NCBI GenBank assembly: GCA_963754945.1
Contig: CAVWIG010000019.1
Location: 1-64,000 of the forward strand
Length of the DNA: 64,000 nucleotides
From: Methanotrichaceae archaeon
GTDB lineage: Archaea; Halobacteriota; Methanosarcinia; Methanotrichales; Methanotrichaceae
Direction of reading: 5' to 3'
In this document: positions 29,126-37,668 of the stretch, in pieces
Layout of the letters: each line of letters starts with the position of its first letter
Position numbering within the stretch: position 1 is the first letter of the stretch
Made by a program: the position numbers and the translations under genes
Notes under the pieces: generated by a model
Told to the model about the DNA's origin: nothing
The model's input: the letters and a program-made list of their open reading frames with translations, nothing else
Databases searched by the model: none

Positions 29126-30396
29126 GGCAGTGTAACGAATTTTCTGTACTTTGATAATAAGAATGATTATCGGCCCTGTATCCTATCCAATCTTGAGAAA
29201 AGGAGGACACAGGACCATGATACCCATAGCACTCTTGGAAGATTACCTTATCGATCAGGAAGATGGACTAAAGAAGCTTCTGACCTGGTTCTTGAACCTT
29301 GTAATGCAGCTAGAAGCGGCGCAACAGGCAGATGCAGAACCGTATCAGAGAGTCGAATCCCGAAAGGCACATAGGAATGGCTACAAGGAAAGATCTCTGA
29401 AGACGCGAGTTGGAGAGCTCCGACTCAAGAAACCTCAATTCCGTGAAATTTCCTTCGAAACCAAGGTGTTCGACAGATTTTCGCGCGTAGAGAAGGCTTT
29501 GGTCAACGCTGTACTCGAATCGTATCTCCAGGGGGTTTCAACCAGGAGAATCCAAGATATTGTCTCTCGATTTGGCATCGAGAATTTATCTGCCTCTAGC
29601 GTTTCCAGGATATCCAAAGAGCTTGACGAGAAGGTAGAAGAATTCCTGAAGAAACCTATCGAACGTCCTATTCCTTATCTTTATGTAGATGCAAGCTACT
29701 TCAAAGTAAGAACAGAATCAAGATATGTTACCAAAGCTTTCATGATCGTCACAGGTGTTAGAGATGACGGTTATCGCGAGATACTTGGCGCAAGAATAGC
29801 TGACAGTGAAGATGAACTCTTCTGGTCGGGATTATTTCAAGATCTGGCGGATCGTGGGTTGTCCGGAGTAAAGCTCGTGATATCAGATGGTCATAAGGGA
29901 ATCCAGAAAGCGGTTGAGAAATCATTTCTTGGTGCTTCATGGCAAATGTGTCACGTTCACTTTTCAAGAGCGGTCTTGAGAAACGTTGCCAAGAAGTATC
30001 ATAAGGAGATCGCCGATAAGATCAAGATCGCTCTGGAAGACGAAATCAAGATACAGGACTTAGCGAAAGAATTGAGGGAAAGAGGTTATGCGAAATCTGC
30101 TGACACTATCGACCGCTTCAGATTCAGTCTGTGGAATTACAGGGCATTCCCCAGAGGTCACTGGAGAAGGATTCGGACTACAAACGGGCTGGAGAGGATC
30201 AACAAGGAGCTGAAAAGAAGATCCAGGGTAGTCGGTGCCTTCCCAAGTGAGAGCTCGTTCATGAGGTTAGGGGTTTCGATCCTCATCGATATCAACGAAG
30301 AATGGCTGACCGCTAAAAAGTATTTATCTATGGATGCTGATTGAGTATGTTGGGATACAGGGCAACTCCAAATTACAGAAATCTCGGCACACTACC
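29126..30396 (+). mobile_element. IS256-family element, copy 2 (intact, 1271 bp)
   Basis: Ends GGCAGTGT / ACACTACC; flanks ATAAAACT and GAAATATC do not match. Confidence 0.93.
29217..30344 (+). CDS. IS256-family transposase
   Basis: RNGYKER, YLQGVSTR, YVDA, SDGHKG, CHVH and TTNGLER motifs; RBS AGGAGG before ATG 29217. Confidence 0.94.
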   Translation: MIPIALLEDYLIDQEDGLKKLLTWFLNLVMQLEAAQQADAEPYQRVESRKAHRNGYKERSLKTRVGELRLKKPQFREISFETKVFDRFSRVEKALVNAVLESYLQGVSTRRIQDIVSRFGIENLSASSVSRISKELDEKVEEFLKKPIERPIPYLYVDASYFKVRTESRYVTKAFMIVTGVRDDGYREILGARIADSEDELFWSGLFQDLADRGLSGVKLVISDGHKGIQKAVEKSFLGASWQMCHVHFSRAVLRNVAKKYHKEIADKIKIALEDEIKIQDLAKELRERGYAKSADTIDRFRFSLWNYRAFPRGHWRRIRTTNGLERINKELKRRSRVVGAFPSESSFMRLGVSILIDINEEWLTAKKYLSMDAD

Positions 30397-30931
30397 GAAA
30401 TATCCTTTGAGACTAAAGTCTTTGACAGGTATTCGCGAGTGGAGAAGGCTCTGATCAATGCCGTGATTGAATCATATTTGCAGGGAGTATCAACCAGAAG
30501 AGTCCAGGATATCGTTTCTCGATTAGGTGTTGAAGATCTGTCTGCCTCTAGCGTATCAAGGATATCCAGAGAGCTTGATGGAAGGGTGGAGGAATTCCTT
30601 AAGAGACCTATCGAACACTCAATTCCTTATCTTTTTGTTGATGCGAGTTACTTCAAGGTCAGAACTGATTCAAGATACATCACCAAGGCTTTTCTGGTTG
30701 TTACAGCCGTCCGTGATGACGGCTATCGAGAGATACTGGGTGCAAGAATAGCCGATGGAGAAGATGAACTCTTTTGGACTGGATTGTTTGATGATCTGAA
30801 GGACCGAGGGTTATCTGGAGTAAAGCTTGTTGTGTCAGATGGTCATAAGGGAATCCAGAAAGCAGTAGAGAAATCCTTTCTGGGTGCTTCATGGCAGATG
30901 TGTCACGTACATTTCATACGGGCTGTCTTAA

Positions 30932-32106
30932 GAGGACTCTTATAAACCTACCATTCAGAGGGTTCCAATGAACTTACCATTTATTCTATAACTATCGAAA
31001 TGTTTATATACTAACAATACTATTAGATATTATGAATTCTTTTATCATCTGGGCGTTGCAACAAGTCAAAAAGAAGAACAACAAGACTGGAAATAGGCTA
31101 TTGGAGATATCGGATAAGATCGATTGGGTTCCGATTCGCGGTCATCTCGATGAAATGTACAATAACAAGAGTGAGAAAGGGGGAAGGCCGAACAGCGACG
31201 TTATTCTCATGTTCAAGATTCTAATTCTTCAGCAGTGGTTTGGCTTGAGTGATCTTGAAGCAGAAAGACAGATAGCAGATCGCCTATCGTTCATGGAATT
31301 TCTTGGGTATCCTGAGCCATTCCCCGATTCCAGCACAATATGGTTATTCAGAGATCGCATGGAAAAAACCGGGAAGAACAAGATTGTTTGGGCGGAACTT
31401 CAAAGACAGCTTGTTGCTATGGGATTAGTTGTCATCATGGGAACGATTCAAGATGCTACATTCATTGAAGCTGATCCTGGTTCTTCCAAGAAGCCACGCG
31501 GCAACGAGGCCAGAACTCGTCGCAGTAAAGATGGCACATGGGCTAAGAAAGGAAATGAAACACATTTCGGCTATAAGCTCCATCAGAAAAGCGATATCGA
31601 TTATGGTCTGATACGCGAAATCGAGACTACCACGGCATCGCTGCATGATAGTCAGGTTGATCTATCTGTCGAGAATGAAGTGGTGCTCAGAGATAGAGGA
31701 TACTTTGGGGCGGAGGCTAAGGGCGTGGATTTCACAATGAAACGCAGGACCACCGATAAGCCTCTAGGTGAGCTCGATAAGGAGAGAAATCGATTGATCA
31801 GCAAGCTCAGAGCACCAGGCGAACGGCCTCACGCAGTTATTAAAAGAGTGTTCGATTCTGGTAGAGTGCTGGTTACAACTGTTCAGAGGGTTCACACTAA
31901 GATGATGGTGGCGGCATTTGCTTTCAACTTATATCAACTCTGCACACTGAAAAATGCCAAAGTCATCTAGGCCGAGCGGAAGCTGTCGAAAAATGATCGA
32001 AAAAGAGTGTAATTCAAGGAGAATCGATGTCTTCAAAGCAAAAAAGGTATGAATTTCGGCGAAAACTACTCATTTCGAAGAAATCTGTTAGTAAATAGAA
32101 ATCCTC
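30932..32106 (+). mobile_element. IS5-family (IS5 group) element, 1175 bp
   Basis: GAGGA..TCCTC ends; 4-bp TSD TTAA; removal restores GTC TTA AGG AAT in the host transposase. Confidence 0.93.
31032..31970 (+). CDS. IS5-family transposase
   Basis: GGRP, QDATFI, FGYKLH and DRGY motifs. Confidence 0.92.
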   Translation: MNSFIIWALQQVKKKNNKTGNRLLEISDKIDWVPIRGHLDEMYNNKSEKGGRPNSDVILMFKILILQQWFGLSDLEAERQIADRLSFMEFLGYPEPFPDSSTIWLFRDRMEKTGKNKIVWAELQRQLVAMGLVVIMGTIQDATFIEADPGSSKKPRGNEARTRRSKDGTWAKKGNETHFGYKLHQKSDIDYGLIREIETTTASLHDSQVDLSVENEVVLRDRGYFGAEAKGVDFTMKRRTTDKPLGELDKERNRLISKLRAPGERPHAVIKRVFDSGRVLVTTVQRVHTKMMVAAFAFNLYQLCTLKNAKVI

Positions 32107-32601
32107 TTAAGGAATGTAGGCAAGAAATATCATAAGGAGATTGCGGATAAGATCAAAATAGCTCTAGAAAGTGAAACTGAGATGCAGCAACTGTGCCTCG
32201 ATCTGGAAAGCAGAGGCTATTCTAAATCTGCGGGTACCATTGAGCATTTCCGATTCAGCTTATGGAATTACAGGTCATTCCCCAGAAATCACTGGAGAAG
32301 AATAAGGACTACGAACGGACTTGAAAGGATCAACAAGGAGCTGAAGAGAGGAACAAGAGTTGTAGGAGCATTTCCCAGCGACCAGTCCTTTATGAGGCTA
32401 GGTGCATCAATTCTGATAGATATCAATGAAGAGTGGATGACAACTAAAAAGTATTTATCTATGGATACGGATTGAATATGTGTGGGATAACAGGGCTGTC
32501 CAAATTACAGAAATTTCGGCACACTACCTTTTTAGGCATTGGGAATTCTTGCATAATTGCAACAATTAATTCGTCCTCGAAAGTATTATATATCTTATTA
32601 T

Positions 32602-32751
32602 TTTTATCGTAATACCCCGATGCTTGCATCGGGGATAAAGGGCATCCGTGTCCGACTTAGGAATTGATCAGATCGATTTAGTATCAACTTCATGCGGCAG
32701 CGCCTCGCATGCCCCGCCTGCTTGCAGCGGGGTGCGCCGCCGTCGTTTGAC
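32602..32751 (+). mobile_element. Non-autonomous IS200/IS605 derivative (PATE-like), 150 bp
   Basis: Left and right hairpins homologous to the IS200 at 15123; follows TTAT, ends TTTGAC, no TSD. Confidence 0.88.
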
Positions 32752-32985
32752 TCGCGCTCTCAAACAGAGTTGGGCCATATTTATTCACAATGTCATTAAC
32801 TTTGCTACTTCCAAAGATACGTAACTTGGCTGTAGCCAAATTGAGATCGTGCACTACTAGATAATCATAATTCTCATGAGGATCAATCTTTATAGCCTCT
32901 TTGATCTGTCTTGGAAGTATTTGACATCTTTTACTACATCGAGAAACTCATAATATGCTTGCTTCCTTGACTTTTACGTTCAAGT

Positions 32986-33102
32986 TGCTGTGTTGCATAA
33001 ATTTGCTAAAATCGATATGCATCGGAGCATATCAGTAATGATAGGTAAATGAGCAAAATCGATAGCAATCGACATCGTGGTTCTGAGTTATGCAACACAG
33101 CA
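32986..33102. mobile_element. 117-bp MITE, family A, copy 2
   Basis: IR TGCTGTGTTGCATAA / TTATGCAACACAGCA; 8-bp TSD GTTCAAGT. Confidence 0.92.
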
Positions 33103-33255
33103 GTTCAAGTTCAATATTCACATAATAAAAAGTAATAAGACCGCCCAAAATGACAACAAAAACCGAACAATTGCCGGAAGCAAATTCGTGTCCAATGTTA
33201 TCCCCTTCGACATATGGGATTCTATAAATTATAATATAAAATAGATAAATACCTA

Positions 33256-33432
33256 CTAAATACCGCGCCTCTTGCAGTATTCATCTAGGCTGATGAAATC
33301 ATCCTTCTCACGTTCGATAAGCGCATGGATTTCCTCGGCTGTTGATTCATCCTCTTCATCAAGAGCATCAAAGTCCTTGTCCTCTTCAAGGGAGTCTACT
33401 TTGGCTGCTCTGGATCTATTTCGTGCTGCCAT
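33256..33432 (-). CDS. 58-aa acidic protein, candidate antitoxin (not in the ORF track)
   Basis: MAARNRSRAAKVDSLEEDKDFDALDEEDESTAEEIHALIEREKDDFISLDEYCKRRGI; starts 33 bp after the relE stop. Confidence 0.6.
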   Translation of the reverse strand: MAARNRSRAAKVDSLEEDKDFDALDEEDESTAEEIHALIEREKDDFISLDEYCKRRGI

Positions 33433-33465
33433 TTGAATAGTCTTCTTCTTTGTTGGTATATTGAT

Positions 33466-33740
33466 TTATCTGTAGTCCGTTTTTCTTTTCTTCTGAAATA
33501 TTCTTGCTATTTTTATGAGGTTAGCATCATTGTATACTTCGTATTCAACTCTGAGTTTACCAATTCTTAGCCTGTATAATTTTTCACTTCCAGCCACGGG
33601 CACGATATCGGTCTTAGGTCGTGGTCGATAAGGATCTATCTTAAGCCCTTCAAGATGGACGTAGATCTTTTCGTGGCATTGGGTGATAGTTTATCTAAGG
33701 CTTTCTGAGCTGTGCGTGAGAGTTGTAACGCGAATGTCAT
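33466..33740 (-). pseudogene. RelE/ParE-family toxin with a 1-bp frameshift
   Basis: MTFALQLSRTAQKALDKLSP, then shifted frame EKIYVHLEGLKIDPYRP...LYRLRIGKLRVEYEV; 275 bp from start to stop. Confidence 0.8.
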
Positions 33741-33765
33741 TGCGACTCTTTTTACTCTCCTTTCT

Positions 33766-33810
33766 TTTAAATTGAATACCCCGCAGCTTGCTGCAGAGTG
33801 CGCCTTTGAC
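33766..33810 (+). repeat. About 45-bp single-hairpin IS200-end derivative (REP-like)
   Basis: TGAATACCCCGCAGCTTGCTGC matches the IS200 left end and is followed by right-end-like GTGCGCC-TTTGAC. Confidence 0.7.
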
Positions 33811-33914
33811 TTCGAGTCGAAATTGTTAGCATCATTGTATCAATTGTTCTTACTTCGTACTCTATTCCGATACCCTTTTATAATTAGATGTGACTTTAGC
33901 TGTTTGGTGAATTA

Positions 33915-34631
33915 ATGCATATTCCAGATGGTTATCTAGGGCCATATACCTACATTGCATTTTGGATTATCATGATCCCTATCTGGTATTATGCCGGAAA
34001 GAAGCTCAGCACAGAGCTAAAGTCCAGGCAGGTCCCGTTGTTGGCATTGTCAGCCGCGTTCTCATTTGTAATAATGATGTTTAACGTGCCGATTCCAGGA
34101 GGCAGCACAGGCCACGCTGTGGGCAGCTCAATTGTCGGTATAGTTCTGGGCCCCTGGGCAGCAGTGATCGCCATCTCTGTAGCTCTAGTATTGCAAGCAC
34201 TGATGTTCGGTGATGGAGGGATTACAACCATTGCTGCCAACTGCTTCAACATGGGAGTAGTAATGCCTTTTGTCGCTTTCTACGCATACAAATTCATCAG
34301 TGGACGCACAGAGATCACATCATCCAGGCGAATTGTCGCTGCGGCTATTGCGAGCTGGGTCTCTCTAATCTTAGCAGCCTTTTGTGCAGGCTTTGAGTTC
34401 GGAATACAGCCCATATTGCACCACACCGCCGCTGGTCTCCCGCTCTACATGCCCTATCCACTGAGCGTAACTATTCCGGCCATGGTACTTCCTGCGCTGG
34501 GATTCGGCATCCTTGAGGCATTTATTACGGCACTGATTTTCGCCTACATCCAGAGAACCGACACATCTCTATTTTACGGAGATACGTCTGTTTCCCAGAG
34601 GAACAAAATAAATAGTGCGGCTACTACTTGA
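33915..34631 (+). CDS. cbiM: ECF Ni/Co transporter substrate component (NikM/CbiM)
   Basis: N-terminal MHIPDGYL; GSTGH and FGDGG motifs. Confidence 0.93.
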   Translation: MHIPDGYLGPYTYIAFWIIMIPIWYYAGKKLSTELKSRQVPLLALSAAFSFVIMMFNVPIPGGSTGHAVGSSIVGIVLGPWAAVIAISVALVLQALMFGDGGITTIAANCFNMGVVMPFVAFYAYKFISGRTEITSSRRIVAAAIASWVSLILAAFCAGFEFGIQPILHHTAAGLPLYMPYPLSVTIPAMVLPALGFGILEAFITALIFAYIQRTDTSLFYGDTSVSQRNKINSAATT

Positions 34632-34656
34632 GATAGACTTCCGCCTGAGATAGACC

Positions 34657-34968
34657 ATGGAGAAAATATACAGAAACCTTGCAATCGGCCTCGTAACATT
34701 GATAATACTTGCTCCGTTAGGCCTTTTTGCCGCTGGGCAGACGTTCGGCGAGTGGAGCCCCGATCAGCTAAAGGAGAAGATCGGCTTTGTTCCACAAGGG
34801 CTCGAAAAGCTCTCGGGTATCTGGAACGCACCCCTTCCGGACTATGGCTCCCCTGGCGAAGAGTCACAGACCGGCAAAGTGGGAACGTACGTCTTGACTG
34901 CAGTGATCGGGGTGGTAGTATGCGGTGGCATCCTGTTCTTCGTTGGGAAGAAGGTCGCTAAAGATTGA
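34657..34968 (+). CDS. PDGLE-domain (NikN-like) membrane subunit
   Basis: Two TM segments; GEW..PQGLEKL..APLPDY. Confidence 0.85.
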   Translation: MEKIYRNLAIGLVTLIILAPLGLFAAGQTFGEWSPDQLKEKIGFVPQGLEKLSGIWNAPLPDYGSPGEESQTGKVGTYVLTAVIGVVVCGGILFFVGKKVAKD

Positions 34969-35081
34969 GGTCCTTTTATTTTTATTCTTTTCAGATTATT
35001 TTCCAGATTATAGTAGTATCGTAGTATCGACTGCAATGCTTAATAGTTGCTTGGAAATCAGCTCCCGAAAAAGGTGAACAA

Positions 35082-36020
35082 TTGATCCCTGACTGGATGA
35101 AAGAAGTCGATGTAGGCCCATGCAGGTGCTCTGCGACATACCACGGCAAAAAGGGTTTCATAGGAAAGACAATTGATGGAATTTTCGGATTTTTGCAGGA
35201 GGCATTCATCTCTGAGAGCTTCTCCAGACGCGATGGCCTTCTGCAGAGCCTTGACCCCAGAGCCAAGCTGATCTCAATTCTAGCCATTGTATTCGCAACC
35301 AGTTTGATAGGAGACTTGAGGCTATTGATCTATGTTTACTCGTTAACCCTTCTTTTTTCGTATCTCAGCAAGATCGATGTTTGGTTCTTCATAAAAAGGG
35401 TCTGGCTCTTCATTCCCATATTTGCTGGCATCATCGCTATACCAATGATCTTCAACATCTTCTTTCCCGGTGACCCTCTCGTTCGGTTAGTGCATTTTGG
35501 AGCAGGTAGTCATTTGGGACCATTTTCGCTGCCTGAAAGCATCTTCATCACAAGACAGGGCGTAAACGCAGCGACAATTTTCACCATTCGGGTAGCAACG
35601 TGCGTGTCTGCAGTAGTCCTGCTATTCCTCACCACACCGCAGCAGATCCTCTTTAAGTCTCTGCGCACTGTGGGAGTTCCAAAGCTCTATGTCCTCACTC
35701 TAGAGATGACCTACAGGTATATCTTCCTGCTAATGGACCTGGTAAGAGAGATGTACGTCGCCAAGAAAGCCAGGACGATAAAGGCCATGAGCGTGTTCGA
35801 GGAGCAGAAGTGGGTCGGTGGGCGTATAGGATACACATTGATAAGATCTCTGAATATGAGCGAAAAGATCCATATGGCCATGATGTCCAGAGGCTACAAC
35901 GGCGATGTCAGGATCATGCAGGAGTTCAAAATGCGTAATCGCGATTATATCGCAGCAACAGTGGCGATATCCATGAGCGTTGCGCTTGTGCTGATCTCCC
36001 AAAATATCATTCGGGTATAA
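35082..36020 (+). CDS. cbiQ: ECF transporter T component
   Basis: LDPRAK, YRYIF and AMMSRGY motifs. Confidence 0.92.
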   Translation: MIPDWMKEVDVGPCRCSATYHGKKGFIGKTIDGIFGFLQEAFISESFSRRDGLLQSLDPRAKLISILAIVFATSLIGDLRLLIYVYSLTLLFSYLSKIDVWFFIKRVWLFIPIFAGIIAIPMIFNIFFPGDPLVRLVHFGAGSHLGPFSLPESIFITRQGVNAATIFTIRVATCVSAVVLLFLTTPQQILFKSLRTVGVPKLYVLTLEMTYRYIFLLMDLVREMYVAKKARTIKAMSVFEEQKWVGGRIGYTLIRSLNMSEKIHMAMMSRGYNGDVRIMQEFKMRNRDYIAATVAISMSVALVLISQNIIRV

Positions 36021-36024
36021 GAAC

Positions 36025-36855
36025 ATGGAAGCTATCTTTGACTTGAGGAATGTATCATACTCATACGTGGGAAAGATTGAGGCCTTAAAGGATATCACCC
36101 TTAAGATTGACCGTGGCGAGCTCGTAACTATAATCGGCTCTAACGGCAGCGGCAAATCTACATTGTTGGCCGTCCTAAATGGACTTATATATACCACATC
36201 TGGAGAGTTCTATGCCTTTAACAATCAAATAACTGAAGATGCCTTCGATGCCATCAAGGATAATGAGTTTAGGACCTATTTCCGGACAAAAGTGGGCTTT
36301 GTCTTCCAGAATTCGGATATACAGCTCTTCTCGCCTACGGTCTATGAGGAAATAGCCTTTGGACCCCTTCAGCTCAATGTTACTCCCGAAGATGTCAAGA
36401 CCAGAGTTGAGGACGTCCTTGAGATGATGAACATCACCAGGCTAAGAGATCGATCGCCTCACACTCTTAGCGGAGGGGAGAAGAAGAAGGTGTGCATAGC
36501 CACCGTTCTTGTCAATAACCCCGATGTACTACTTTTGGACGAGCCATCGGCCGGATTGGACCCGAGGACCCAGCTCTGGTTGGTGGAGCTCTTACAGGAG
36601 CTAGGACAAGCTGGAAAGACAGTAATTACCGCCACTCATGACCTGGAAATAATAGACCAGATCAGCAAGAGGGCTATCGTCATGGGCGAAGACCATGAGG
36701 TTAAGGAGGATGGGGATGCGAACAAGGTCCTAAATGATTACGAACTTCTCCTTGGAGCGAACTTGATTCATGAACATATGCACTTCCATGGCAAGCTTGT
36801 GCATGATCATCTCCATGATCATATGAAAGGGCACATACACAAGCATGAAACATGA
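36025..36855 (+). CDS. cbiO: ECF transporter ATPase with His-rich tail
   Basis: GSNGSGKST, LSGGE and LLLDEP motifs. Confidence 0.92.
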   Translation: MEAIFDLRNVSYSYVGKIEALKDITLKIDRGELVTIIGSNGSGKSTLLAVLNGLIYTTSGEFYAFNNQITEDAFDAIKDNEFRTYFRTKVGFVFQNSDIQLFSPTVYEEIAFGPLQLNVTPEDVKTRVEDVLEMMNITRLRDRSPHTLSGGEKKKVCIATVLVNNPDVLLLDEPSAGLDPRTQLWLVELLQELGQAGKTVITATHDLEIIDQISKRAIVMGEDHEVKEDGDANKVLNDYELLLGANLIHEHMHFHGKLVHDHLHDHMKGHIHKHET

Positions 36856-37036
36856 TTAGGCTAAATGCAAGCTCGATCCTTACGTTGGCAGTTGGCACTT
36901 TCGTTTTAGGCCTGAAATTGCTATTTTTGGAGGTTCTGCGTTTTGTCCTGGAGGATTATTGAAAGCGGCAAATCCATTAAAACTCCGGCATAAAAAGAAG
37001 AAAAGCCTTATTGCCATTAGAGGATAAATAGGGTTT

Positions 37037-37630
37037 ATGAAAAAGACATTCCTTCTTCTAGCTACTTGTTTTGTTCTGAGTCTTGTTCCGGCTATGGCTC
37101 AGGCTCAGCCTATAACCCAAATGGCTTTTGGTTCAATGATCGACGGCAGGACTCAGGTATGGGCCCTCGACAACCAAGGCGGCTTGTGGACTACGTGGCA
37201 ACAATCAACAGACCCTAATGCAGGCTGGACTCAATGGTCTTCCTATCCTACACCGGGCACAGGCTTGAGCCAAATTTATACGTCCAAACTCTCAGACGGA
37301 AGGCCCGAGGTATGGGCGATTGACGGCCAGGGTAATTTATGGACAATGTGGAAGCAAACGATAGACCCCAATGCGAATTGGACTCAATGGTCACAGTTCC
37401 AGGGACCTGGCGCAGCGGCCAATGACCAGTTGCAGCAACCTACACAAAACCCTAACATATACCCACCAAGCCCCATAAAAACTAGCTATGGCGGCCTCGG
37501 TGACATGGGCACAAACAACTTCCCGTCCACCACCTCCAGCAGCTATTCCGGGGACCCGAACTTCCCACCAAACTCTATGACTTCAACATCGCAGACTTCA
37601 ACATCGCAGTTAATTGGCGGCATGCATTAG
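37037..37630 (+). CDS. Secreted protein with two Trp-rich lectin-like beta-propeller blades and an S/T/P-rich tail
   Basis: Signal peptide; two DGRxxVWAxDxQGxLWTxWxQxxDPNAxWTQWS repeats. Confidence 0.75.
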   Translation: MKKTFLLLATCFVLSLVPAMAQAQPITQMAFGSMIDGRTQVWALDNQGGLWTTWQQSTDPNAGWTQWSSYPTPGTGLSQIYTSKLSDGRPEVWAIDGQGNLWTMWKQTIDPNANWTQWSQFQGPGAAANDQLQQPTQNPNIYPPSPIKTSYGGLGDMGTNNFPSTTSSSYSGDPNFPPNSMTSTSQTSTSQLIGGMH

Positions 37631-37639
37631 TCAAGTTAA

Positions 37640-37668
37640 GTGCGAGGATTGAACCTCGCACACCTTTT
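37640..37668 (+). terminator. Hairpin plus T-tract after the lectin-like gene
   Basis: GTGCGAGG-ATTGAA-CCTCGCAC followed by CTTTT. Confidence 0.45.

Larger units (their letters stand above)
30397..32528 (+). mobile_element. Diverged IS256-family element, 5'-deleted and interrupted by IS5
   Basis: Transposase fragments EISFETKV...AVL|RNV...KKYLSMDTD; right end TTCGGCACACTACC. Confidence 0.88.
32529..33213 (-). pseudogene. Decayed gene with N-terminal TM segment, hit by a MITE and an IS200-derived element
   Basis: Fragments VVILGGLITFYY, KQAYYEFLD and AKLRIFGSSKV...FESA|NNKIYNTFEDELIVAIMQE (in frame after removing 32602-32751); about 3 frameshifts. Confidence 0.45.

Noticed and set aside
33830-33914. 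NikR operator or cobalamin riboswitch upstream of cbiM
   Set aside because: GTATC..GATAC spacing does not fit a NikR box, and the leader is too short for a riboswitch.
37640-37661. tRNA T-arm-like GGTTCAATCC on the minus strand
   Set aside because: Stem register does not fit a T-arm and no cloverleaf surrounds it; treated as a terminator-like hairpin.
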